Positions 8,784 through 17,127 of a stretch of 32,000 bases of DNA are shown piece by piece. Each line of letters begins with the position of its first letter. The stretch's first letter is position 1. A program made the translations under genes and the position numbers. The stretch is taken from contig NC_010546.1 of NCBI RefSeq assembly GCF_000017845.1, positions 2,010,001 through 2,042,000 of the forward strand, given 5' to 3'. The notes under the pieces are model-generated. The model worked only from the letters and a program-made list of their open reading frames with translations, was not told where the DNA came from and did no database searches. Origin of the DNA: Crocosphaera subtropica ATCC 51142 (lineage in GTDB: Bacteria > Cyanobacteriota > Cyanobacteriia > Cyanobacteriales > Microcystaceae).

Positions 8784-10006
8784 TTTTCTGATGGTTTTGT
8801 AAATAATTTAAAGTATAAACTTTGACAAAATTCTTTAATAGGAAAAGCAATGAATGTAATAGGATTAATGGTAACAATAATATTGCGAATATCTGATTTT
8901 GCTCCTTTAATAATTTGTTTTGCTACCCAATCTGCTGACATTACCCCAATAGGATTCAAATTACTTTTAAAGGGTCCTAAAATTAGCTTTCTCACCACAC
9001 AAGGCGCATCTAAACGACGCAAAGTAATTAAGTCTCCCCATGTTCTTTTACTGAGTTCATAAAGAGGACTAATAGCGGGGTTGACTTCTGCTTCTGATGT
9101 GTTAATCCAAACTTCTTTACACACTTTATCTTTATTCGTTTTCACCGTTTTAAAAAATGTTTCCATCAACCGCCACCCTGAAAAGGTATTTACTTCATAG
9201 GACTTTAATATAGCTTCTACGTCTCTTCTTTCATGAACATTTATGCCGTGATTAATAATTAAAATATCAATTTTCCTAAACTCATCAATCAATTCGATTT
9301 CTTTTCCGACCTGCCAAGTCAAAGTTTTAATAGGTAAATTTTGCTGATCAAAGTTTAAACTAATTTTATTATTTTGAGAGGTAAAAGCAACAACTTTTGC
9401 CCCATTTAACTGTAATTCTTTTAATAAAGCTAACCCTAACGTTCCCGATGCACCAGTAACAGCAACTGTCTTTCCTTTCAGAGATAAAGCGGTTCCCATG
9501 ATCTTATCAACTAACATTAATGTGCCACAATAATAAGCCTTTTGATTATCAAAATGATGTCGCCAATGATAAGGACGATTAACCAACCAAGGGTTAGGAA
9601 GTGTGGTAAAATCACCAGGACGGTGAGTAATGTCGGTCAACTCATCGATGTAGGGAACCCCTGCACCACGAGCGATCGCTCCACTTAAAAAGGTCAAAGT
9701 ATACAGAGAACCCGACCAAGCTAACCAACTGTAAGGAACGGTATAGTAATAACAGATAACCCCAGGAATAAGGCTGAAGGTTAGCATAACCAAGGCTTCT
9801 GGCACATCATTATACCAGTGTGCTTTACGATAAATTGCTTCACTGACAGGGGTTAAGTCTGGCCGAAATACCTTATGATGCCAACCATGAAGACGGTATA
9901 AAGGTTGCCAATAGTGTGAAAGAACATGATAACAGTCCCGAACAATTTCCACCCAGAGAATGGTACTTAAAATAAGGATAACCGCAATCGTCAGATGATT
10001 TACCAT
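8780..10006 (-). CDS. Fusion protein: membrane fatty-acid hydroxylase/sterol-desaturase-like domain plus short-chain dehydrogenase/reductase
   Basis: The hydrophobic N-terminal half carries His boxes (HVLSH, HGWHHKVF, HWRHHF). The C-terminal half carries the SDR cofactor motif TGASGTLG and the catalytic YELSK (YxxxK). Confidence 0.8.
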   Translation of the reverse strand: MVNHLTIAVILILSTILWVEIVRDCYHVLSHYWQPLYRLHGWHHKVFRPDLTPVSEAIYRKAHWYNDVPEALVMLTFSLIPGVICYYYTVPYSWLAWSGSLYTLTFLSGAIARGAGVPYIDELTDITHRPGDFTTLPNPWLVNRPYHWRHHFDNQKAYYCGTLMLVDKIMGTALSLKGKTVAVTGASGTLGLALLKELQLNGAKVVAFTSQNNKISLNFDQQNLPIKTLTWQVGKEIELIDEFRKIDILIINHGINVHERRDVEAILKSYEVNTFSGWRLMETFFKTVKTNKDKVCKEVWINTSEAEVNPAISPLYELSKRTWGDLITLRRLDAPCVVRKLILGPFKSNLNPIGVMSADWVAKQIIKGAKSDIRNIIVTINPITFIAFPIKEFCQSLYFKLFTKPSEK

Positions 10007-10298
10007 AAATTAGCTAGTTTTGGGTTTTTACGACTTAAATAAACAATAAAAACACTTTCACCCCTTACTTTAACATGAATGTAAAAGGTTGGCTTTAATT
10101 TCTCTTGATCGTGATCACCGCAAAAATTTGAAGCATTTGTTAAGATAAAAATAGTTCAAACAATAATTTGTGGTACGTTAACTTTTCGATATTTTTATTA
10201 AAATTATTATAAAGATAACGATCACTCTGTATATATTTTGAACAATTTGGCACAAATGTTTTATCCATTAACCTCAATATAAATAAAGGGAAACTAAA

Positions 10299-10505
10299 AT
10301 GACTAATATAAAAGAATTGCGTCAGTTAATGCACAAAATTGAGAATGGTGATGTTGTCAGTCGTGCTTTTGCTAGACAAAAAGCATCAGACATTTTAGCA
10401 ACAAAAAGTATTGACTTATCTCTGAGACAAACTTTAGCTGATCACCTTAATCAACAAAATTTATTATTAGCCTTAAAAACCACGGTTGGGGACGATAGCT
10501 ATTAA
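10299..10505 (+). CDS. Hypothetical small protein (68 aa)
   Basis: An AGGGA-type RBS precedes the ATG and a strong terminator follows. I recognise no motif. Confidence 0.5.
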   Translation: MTNIKELRQLMHKIENGDVVSRAFARQKASDILATKSIDLSLRQTLADHLNQQNLLLALKTTVGDDSY

Positions 10506-10565
10506 GGAGATTTAATCTAGCTTGATGGTTATTCTTGTTTTTTTAGCTTTATCAATATGAATGAA

Positions 10566-10595
10566 AACTCCCTTCGCTTGAAGGGAGTTGTTTTT
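10566..10595. terminator. Bidirectional intrinsic terminator between convergent genes
   Basis: The stem AACTCCCTTC/GAAGGGAGTT (10 bp, loop GCTT) is flanked by an A-run upstream and TTTTT downstream. Each strand therefore reads a hairpin followed by a U-tract. Confidence 0.8.
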
Positions 10596-10665
10596 ATCAT
10601 TCTGTTCTCTCAATAAGACAGTATTTTGTAACTAGAATAGGAAGAAAAGTTTTATCCTAAGAAAA

Positions 10666-11151
10666 TTATACAGACACATTAGCCGTGGGATCGATACCCA
10701 TATGATCAGCTAATTCACGCAATACCGTAATTTGTGTATTAAATTCTAAAGATTCAATCGAACCTAACCACTCATTTTCTGCATCACCTAAGTCATATTG
10801 ATCAGGCATAGGAATAATCAAACCTTCTACCATTCCTTTAGCTAAAAAGTACCAAAACGCTAACTTAGTATTAGCACTGAAACCACCATATTGACGGCTA
10901 TATTCGGTATCCTTACGGCTGACAATATCCCGCATAATTTCTAACTGTTCTTCTTGGGATTTTTCGCCAACTTGTTCAAATAATCCACCGGCGATCGCTG
11001 GTTCAGCAGCATTAGGGGCAGCAGGGGTGATAGAGTTGCCCATCTTTTCATAAATGAACCATAACAAGGCTAACTTATCATCAGTGGTAAAACTATCAAA
11101 TATTTCTACTGCTTTGTTAAAATCTGATTTAATTTCTGTATAAAGTGCCAT
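10666..11151 (-). CDS. Helical carotenoid protein (homolog of the OCP N-terminal domain)
   Basis: It is collinear with the OCP N-terminal domain: DDKLALLWFIYEKMGNSITPAAP, TKLAFWYFLAKGMVEGLIIPMP and QITVLRELADHMG. At 161 aa it has no NTF2-like C-terminal domain. Confidence 0.88.
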   Translation of the reverse strand: MALYTEIKSDFNKAVEIFDSFTTDDKLALLWFIYEKMGNSITPAAPNAAEPAIAGGLFEQVGEKSQEEQLEIMRDIVSRKDTEYSRQYGGFSANTKLAFWYFLAKGMVEGLIIPMPDQYDLGDAENEWLGSIESLEFNTQITVLRELADHMGIDPTANVSV

Positions 11152-11306
11152 AGATTAATAATCCTAATTCTACGAAGCAACTGCTTGCTAATTAACATTT
11201 TTATTTTGCTTCTTTATAAAACTTAACATTTAATCCAGATTAACTTTATCCACCATTGGATAGACATTTTTACTCTTTCTAACGATAGATACTCAGAAAA
11301 TGTTAA

Positions 11307-12077
11307 TTAAGAAAACTGTACGTCTTTTTTATCTTGAACTTCCATCACTTGTTTTTGCTTACGAACTCCTCTTTCGTGGGCTTGTTCTCCTAAAATTCCT
11401 GTCCTACGAGAATCTAGTTCTTCTAAATCGGGTAAACGTCCATAGATAACTAACGTATCTTGAGGACGAATAGAAGTTGATCCCCGTGGAACTCCAATAT
11501 AGGTACCATCACATCGATAAATTCCCAAAACTGCAACCCCTTCAGAGAATAAATTGAGTTTTTTAAGACTTTGATTAGCCAGCCAATCTTCTTTTTTAAC
11601 TTTTAACTCTCGTACGCCGTAATCTCCCGATAATTGAAGGAGGTTCGCATAATCTTGAATTTGCAACTGAGTCCAACGGTGTAACGCCCAAGCAATTAAT
11701 TGTTCAATGATACGATCAACCCATTGATTAGTCGCTACAACCCAAAGGGTTGATAGTCCTATTACTAAGAAGAAAAAACGACTTACCCAACCCTGGTTGT
11801 CTCCTATAGAAATAAAAGTTAAGACTAACGAAGAAATTACGGTGACAATTCCGACATTTCCCAAAAACATCAACCACATGATAATGCGACGACGAACCGG
11901 ATGGTCTACCACTTGTTCTGATTCGGAGGTGGTAAACCCTGCCCCTGTAAAGGCAGAACGGGCTTGAAATAAGGCTAGGGGGCGAGATAAACCTGTCATA
12001 GCCAGGGCTTGAGTCCCAATACGAGTAATAATTAAAGATACCGTTACCGTAATTAACACGGAAGCCAAGGCAGCCAC
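11307..12077 (-). CDS. Membrane protein with a putative pore loop and a C-terminal TrkA-C (RCK_C) domain
   Basis: The GTG start has AGGAGA 8 nt upstream. Hydrophobic helices flank RSAFTGAGFTTSE. The C-terminal sequence ELKVKKEDWLANQSLKKLNL...GVAVLGIYRCDG...IRPQDTLVIYG looks like RCK_C. Confidence 0.7.
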   Translation of the reverse strand: MAALASVLITVTVSLIITRIGTQALAMTGLSRPLALFQARSAFTGAGFTTSESEQVVDHPVRRRIIMWLMFLGNVGIVTVISSLVLTFISIGDNQGWVSRFFFLVIGLSTLWVVATNQWVDRIIEQLIAWALHRWTQLQIQDYANLLQLSGDYGVRELKVKKEDWLANQSLKKLNLFSEGVAVLGIYRCDGTYIGVPRGSTSIRPQDTLVIYGRLPDLEELDSRRTGILGEQAHERGVRKQKQVMEVQDKKDVQFS

Positions 12078-12264
12078 AGAAAAGTTCTCCTAAAAGAATA
12101 GTAACTATCATTAATGCTAACCTGAAAAGCGATCGTATCATTGATTCTATTGTCCCCTTTCTCTCTTATGGGAGATGGGATGAAAACTTATTTATTTTTA
12201 ACATCAAAATAGACAGAAAAAAATTAACTTTTCAACACTTCATTATCAAGGTTTTAAAGGATTT

Positions 12265-12711
12265 ATGGCAGAACAAACACAAGAAAAACAAAAAACATTT
12301 CTCGAAAAGGTTATCGAGCAAAGTGGACTAGAAAACGACAATGATGCTCAAGCTGCTACTAAAGTTGTTTTTCGGATTATGCGAGATTTAATTCCCTCGG
12401 ATCAAATTGACGAAATAGAGCAACAACTCCATAAAGAAGCACCCAAAGCTAATATGGAGATAGCAGACTTATGGAACGATCCTAACGTTATGGTGGCGTT
12501 TTTTAGTCGTGTGAGTCCGTTTAGACAGCTACCCATTGGTTCAAACACTTTTTTCTTGAGACTTGACCAAGAAGCAGCCCTTCCCGAAGGAGTGGAAGCC
12601 AGAAATGTCACGAAAGCTGTCTTTTCAGCACTCAAAGACGAATTACCTCAGCAAAAATCTAGAGAAATTGCCCAATATTTACCCGATGATATTCGCCAAC
12701 TTTGGGGATAA
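12265..12711 (+). CDS. DUF2267 family protein
   Basis: The protein is 148 aa. The N-terminal pattern FLEKVIEQSGLENDNDAQAATKVVFRIMRDLIP and the duplicated helical layout are typical of DUF2267. Confidence 0.65.
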   Translation: MAEQTQEKQKTFLEKVIEQSGLENDNDAQAATKVVFRIMRDLIPSDQIDEIEQQLHKEAPKANMEIADLWNDPNVMVAFFSRVSPFRQLPIGSNTFFLRLDQEAALPEGVEARNVTKAVFSALKDELPQQKSREIAQYLPDDIRQLWG

Positions 12712-12729
12712 TTGAATTCTAGGTTATGT

Positions 12730-12764
12730 AGGTGCATTACACTTCTTTAATGCACCTTATTTGT
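12730..12764 (+). terminator. Intrinsic terminator after the DUF2267 gene
   Basis: A perfect 10-bp stem AGGTGCATTA/TAATGCACCT with an 8-nt loop is followed by TATTTGT. Confidence 0.65.
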
Positions 12765-12821
12765 AATGGATGCAGATAGTTTAGGGGATGGGGTCAATGG
12801 GAGTCCCTCGAACTAGGGTAA

Positions 12822-12856
12822 TATCTAAACAGGTGAATTCATCCCCTGTTTAGATA
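12822..12856. repeat. Perfect 12-bp inverted repeat (TATCTAAACAGG-N11-CCTGTTTAGATA)
   Basis: Read directly from the sequence. It is flanked by CTAG on both sides and lies in the 390-nt leader upstream of the Wzc-like gene. No U-tract follows. Confidence 0.75.
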
Positions 12857-13103
12857 ACCTCTAGAATCCCTGTGGTTTTAACCCAGGCGAGTCTCAACAT
12901 CTGTTTCAGCTTCCCTAACAGAAGACCGACAGGAGAATTAAAACAATCTTAACAAAGCCGAAAGCTCGATCTGATGCCTATTTTACCCTTTTTGTGTCAT
13001 AATCAAACCGTGAAGGGTACTTTGGTAATATAAAGGAGTCGCTATCATAAGAGACTAAAAATCTTTAAAATAGTACCATCTATATTAATCTTCTTAAATA
13101 ATT

Positions 13104-15308
13104 ATGGCGCCCCCAATTGTTAAACGATTTGCTATTTCCTTTCAACAGAACTACTGGTTAGGATTTTTAACCATGGTAGCGGGTTTCGGAGTATCGGGAA
13201 TAGTCGCCCTACAACCCCCACCCCCCCCACCAGCCCCTACCTATACAGCATTTGGACAATTGACCTTTACAGAACCTCCTCCTGCGTTTACCACCACAGG
13301 AAACGAGCTACAAGCCCAAGGAAGAGGACTATCTCTGAATAAAAATACACTCTTATCGGGGCGGGTGCTTCAGAATGTAATGGATAAACTCGAACTATCC
13401 CCTAAAGAAATTCAGCAAATACAAGAAAAAACCCTAGCGATAGAACTACCCGAAACAGGGAAAAGAGGTGAAGTTTCTTCTTCAATCATTAGACTACAAT
13501 ACACCGATAAACAATCCCCAACCCGTGCCACATTGATCCTAGATGCTTTCATGGAAGAGATGGTGGAACATAGTCGTTGGCTAAATACCTCTGAATTGAG
13601 AAGCCGTATAGATGCGCTTAGTAAACGACTTGAGCAAGTTAAACAAGACCTAACCGCAGCAGAAAACCGATTTTATCGTTATGTGTCTCAACAAGGTTCA
13701 GATTTATTAGCCATTCAAGATGGCAGTCTGTTTAGTGGGATCACCAGCAGTCAACAGAGACAACGGGAATTAGGGTTAGCCCTTCAAGAAATCGATGGTC
13801 GTATTAATAGTTTAATCAATCAACTGGGGTTAACACCCAAACAAGCTTATGCCTCGGTAGCCTTAAGTGCCGATCCTATCTTGGCTAACTTACGGGCGCA
13901 AATTCTGCAAATCGAACAACAACTAGAACGGCTCAAATTAGATTTACGACCCGAACACCCCACCATTGAAAAACTCCTCAAAGAAAAACGAGTCAACGAA
14001 ACCCTCTTTCAACAAAGGGCGCAAGAATTAATCGGTGCTAGAGACTTAGCCCCCATTCCTCTCAGTCAAATTCGTCAAGATAGTAGCCTTGATCCCAGTC
14101 GCCAACAGTTAGCCAACGAACTCTTAGCCTTAGAAACCAGACGGGCTGGATTGTTCAAACAATTGAATTCAGTGATTGAAACAGAGCAAAAATTGCGTGA
14201 ACAGTATGAAAAGTTTCCCGATAAGCAGTTACAACAAGCAAAACTGGTTCAAGAAGTAGAATTTCAACGGATTGTTTATCAAAATATCTTAACGGCTTTA
14301 GTGGATGCTCAAGCAGCCGAAGCAGAAACCGTGGGGAGTTTATCCGAGGCGGTTCCAGCAACTTATCGACCGAGTCCTCCCCAAAGACCCCAAGAAACCA
14401 ATCGGTTACTGATTATTGCGGCCGGTGGCGGTATTGGTCTAGTGGCTGGGTTAGGCTTAATTCTGCTCTTGGCCTTAATCGACGATCGCCTACATACCCC
14501 TCAAGAATTACGAGACTCTCTCACCGACCGAGAAATTCCCCTTCTGGGACAAGTCCCATTTATCTATAGTTCTCTCTACCGAGAGGATCTCAGTCCCGTT
14601 CTCTTAGAAGGAGACGCAGCTGATTTAAGCTTCTACGAACGGGTTCGCAGTAACTTACGTCGCCTCGGTTCGGATATGTCAAAAGTGGTAATGATCACCA
14701 GTGTGAGTAACGAGGAAGGGAAAAGCGCAACCGCCTATAATTTAGCCATTGCCTCAGCCCAAGCAGGAAAACGCACCTTATTGGTAGAAGGGGATTTGCG
14801 ATCGCCGTCTAAAGCCCAATGGTTAGAAGTCACCCCCGACCCCGACAGCAACCTAGAACCCTTACGGTTCTACCATAATCGCACCGATGCCGTTAACCTA
14901 GTGCCTGGGATTGCGAATTTATACGTTTTACCCAGTCCTGGCCCTCAACGTCAGGCAGCAGCTATTATTGAATCGAGTGAGTTGCGATTACTCTTAAAAG
15001 ATGCTAGAGGCCGCTATGACATGGTGATTATTGACACCCCGTCCCTATCTCGGTGTAATGATGCTCTGTTATTAGAACCCTTAACCGATGGCTTAGTATT
15101 AGTCACAAGACCCGGAACCACCCGTTCGAGTCTGTTAAATGAAGCAATTGATCAACTCTCTGATGCTGAAGTTCCTGTTTTAGGGGCAGTGATTAATGGA
15201 GTAGAAGATTTAGTGGCACCAACGACAGATATTCCAGAGACAGACAATAACGGCAACGGCAACGGCCATGCCCAAGAAATTCCGATCTTTGAAGAAAATC
15301 CTGTTTAA
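13104..15308 (+). CDS. Polysaccharide co-polymerase (GumC/Wzz domain) fused to a BY-kinase-like P-loop ATPase (Wzc-like)
   Basis: An N-terminal TM segment is followed by a long coiled-coil periplasmic region and a second TM (LLIIAAGGGIGLVAGLGLILLLALI). The ATPase part carries Walker A SNEEGKS, Walker A' LLVEGDLRSP and Walker B DMVIIDTPS. Confidence 0.82.
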   Translation: MAPPIVKRFAISFQQNYWLGFLTMVAGFGVSGIVALQPPPPPPAPTYTAFGQLTFTEPPPAFTTTGNELQAQGRGLSLNKNTLLSGRVLQNVMDKLELSPKEIQQIQEKTLAIELPETGKRGEVSSSIIRLQYTDKQSPTRATLILDAFMEEMVEHSRWLNTSELRSRIDALSKRLEQVKQDLTAAENRFYRYVSQQGSDLLAIQDGSLFSGITSSQQRQRELGLALQEIDGRINSLINQLGLTPKQAYASVALSADPILANLRAQILQIEQQLERLKLDLRPEHPTIEKLLKEKRVNETLFQQRAQELIGARDLAPIPLSQIRQDSSLDPSRQQLANELLALETRRAGLFKQLNSVIETEQKLREQYEKFPDKQLQQAKLVQEVEFQRIVYQNILTALVDAQAAEAETVGSLSEAVPATYRPSPPQRPQETNRLLIIAAGGGIGLVAGLGLILLLALIDDRLHTPQELRDSLTDREIPLLGQVPFIYSSLYREDLSPVLLEGDAADLSFYERVRSNLRRLGSDMSKVVMITSVSNEEGKSATAYNLAIASAQAGKRTLLVEGDLRSPSKAQWLEVTPDPDSNLEPLRFYHNRTDAVNLVPGIANLYVLPSPGPQRQAAAIIESSELRLLLKDARGRYDMVIIDTPSLSRCNDALLLEPLTDGLVLVTRPGTTRSSLLNEAIDQLSDAEVPVLGAVINGVEDLVAPTTDIPETDNNGNGNGHAQEIPIFEENPV

Positions 15309-15378
15309 AAGAAGATACCCTCTTGTTTCAAGTCACGGAATCTTGAATAATAAATGACAATTTGTCGTGGGGAGTGCC

Positions 15379-16977
15379 GTGTCTATTAACCAGAAAAAGT
15401 CCCGTTCCTTAGTGAGCATTGCTGGCCTTGTTGCGGTGGCAACCCTCATTAGTAAAATTTTTGGCTTAGTGCGTGAACAAGCGATCGCAGCAGCTTTTGG
15501 AGTCGGCCCAGTGGTCAATGCCTACGCCTATGCCTATGTTATTCCTGGTTTTTTATTAATTTTACTAGGAGGCATCAATGGACCGTTTCACAGTGCATTG
15601 ATCAGTGTTTTAGCCAAACGAGATAAGTCAGAGGCCGCCCCGTTAGTAGAAACGGTAACCACCTTAGTCAGTACAATGTTGTTACTGGTTACCATTGTTT
15701 TAATTGTTTTTGCAGATACCTTTATCTCGGTGTTGGCCCCAGGGTTAGAAGGGGAAGTTAAAGCGATCGCCATTCAACAATTACAAATTATGGCCCCTTT
15801 GGCTTTGTTAGCAGGACTCATCGGTATTGGTTTCGGAACCCTCAACGCTGCGGATCAATATCTATTACCCAGTATTAGCCCTTTATTTTCCAGTGTGGCC
15901 ATTGTAATCGGCGTTTGGATCTTAATGTGGCAGTTTGGTAGCAATCTTAATAACCCTGAACATTGGTATTTGGGAGGAATGGTATTAGCCGGAGGAACCC
16001 TAGCAGGAGGGTTTCTACAATGGTTAGCTCAAGTCTGGGCGCAATGGCAAGCGGGGATGGGAAAATTGCGCTTACGCTTTAACTGGCGACTGCCAGGGGT
16101 CATGGATGTGATGAAGGTGATGGGGCCGGCTACCCTTTCATCAGGAATGTTACATATTAATGTTTATACGGATCTGTTTTTTGCCTCGTTTATTGAAAAT
16201 GCGGCCGCAGCGATGCGTTATGCCAATTTTATTGTGTTAACTCCGTTAGGCATTATTTCTAATATGATTTTAGTGCCGTTTATGCCTGTTTTTTCTCGTT
16301 TAACGGCTCCTGAAAATTGGCCTGAATTAAAAGTAAGAATTCGCCAAGGGCTATTATTGACGGCGTTAACCATGTTACCGTTAACTGCTATTTTTATTGC
16401 GTTGGCTCCTGTGATTATTCGGGTTATTTATCAACGGGGTGCTTTTAAATCCGCTGATGCTGATATGGTCATTCCTGTTTTAATGGCTTATGGTATTGGA
16501 ATGTTTTTCTATTTAGCAAGGGATGTTTTGGTACGGGTTTTTTATGCTTTAGGAGATGGTGAAACTCCTTTTCGTATTAGTATTTTTAATATTTTTTTGA
16601 ATGGTTTTTTGGATTTTGTTTTGTATAAACCGTTTAAAACACCGGGCTTAGTTTTAGCCACTATCGGAGTTAATCTAGTTTCTTTGATCATTTTTATAGC
16701 CATTCTTAATAAGCGTTTAGGGGGTTTACCTTTAAAAGAATGGGGTAATGCGTTATTAGCTTTAACAGGGATTAGTTTTATCGCTGGTGTTGCCAGTTGG
16801 GGAGTGAGTTGGAGTTGGGAACAGTTTTATAGTGGGAATAATCTAGCTTTACAATTGTTACAATTACTTTTAGCCGTAGCTACTGCATTTGTAATTTTTC
16901 TTATCTTATCAATCCAATTAAAATTACCAGAAGTTGATCTATTACTCTCTCGAATTAAAGGAAAGTTTAAAAGATAA
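15379..16977 (+). CDS. murJ: Lipid II flippase MurJ (MviN)
   Basis: This is a polytopic protein with the MurJ N-terminal signature SLVSIAGLVAVATLISKIFGLVREQAIAAAFGVG. I prefer the GTG at 15379, which has GGGGAG 4 nt upstream. The ORF track starts at an in-frame GTG at 15367. Confidence 0.88.
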   Translation: MSINQKKSRSLVSIAGLVAVATLISKIFGLVREQAIAAAFGVGPVVNAYAYAYVIPGFLLILLGGINGPFHSALISVLAKRDKSEAAPLVETVTTLVSTMLLLVTIVLIVFADTFISVLAPGLEGEVKAIAIQQLQIMAPLALLAGLIGIGFGTLNAADQYLLPSISPLFSSVAIVIGVWILMWQFGSNLNNPEHWYLGGMVLAGGTLAGGFLQWLAQVWAQWQAGMGKLRLRFNWRLPGVMDVMKVMGPATLSSGMLHINVYTDLFFASFIENAAAAMRYANFIVLTPLGIISNMILVPFMPVFSRLTAPENWPELKVRIRQGLLLTALTMLPLTAIFIALAPVIIRVIYQRGAFKSADADMVIPVLMAYGIGMFFYLARDVLVRVFYALGDGETPFRISIFNIFLNGFLDFVLYKPFKTPGLVLATIGVNLVSLIIFIAILNKRLGGLPLKEWGNALLALTGISFIAGVASWGVSWSWEQFYSGNNLALQLLQLLLAVATAFVIFLILSIQLKLPEVDLLLSRIKGKFKR

Positions 16978-17040
16978 ATTGTTTTATATTTCTCTTCCGT
17001 CGAACTCAGGTTCGATAACATTAGCTAGTGTTCTAAGGGT

Positions 17041-17084
17041 TCAGCCATCAGCAGTCAGCTATATTCTCATAACACTGAACACTG
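17041..17084 (+). repeat. STRR-like heptamer repeats (TCAGCCA TCAGCAG TCAGCTA ... AACACTG AACACTG)
   Basis: Two short runs of tandem 7-nt units lie in the murJ-antiporter spacer. Confidence 0.55.
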
Positions 17085-17127
17085 TTCGCCCTTAGAGCCG
17101 GAACTTCGTTGAGGAACTTCTGAAATT

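Noticed and set aside
11728-12141. A 137-aa minus-strand ORF overlapping the 5' half of the RCK_C membrane protein gene.
   Set aside because: It is an alternative frame of a gene with clear domain content, and its Cys/Arg/Ser-rich composition is typical of an off-frame translation.
15367-15378. An upstream GTG as the murJ start.
   Set aside because: The in-frame GTG at 15379 has a GGGGAG Shine-Dalgarno 4 nt upstream. That SD would lie inside the coding sequence if 15367 were used.
13104-16200. The Wzc-like gene and the 5' half of murJ look GC-richer than the neighbouring genes, which might suggest a horizontally acquired island.
   Set aside because: Perfect HIP1 sites occur inside this stretch (14798, 15481, 15763). 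Other conserved core genes (mreB, dnaK, the RND pump) are similarly GC-richer. The GC impression was judged by eye and not computed.
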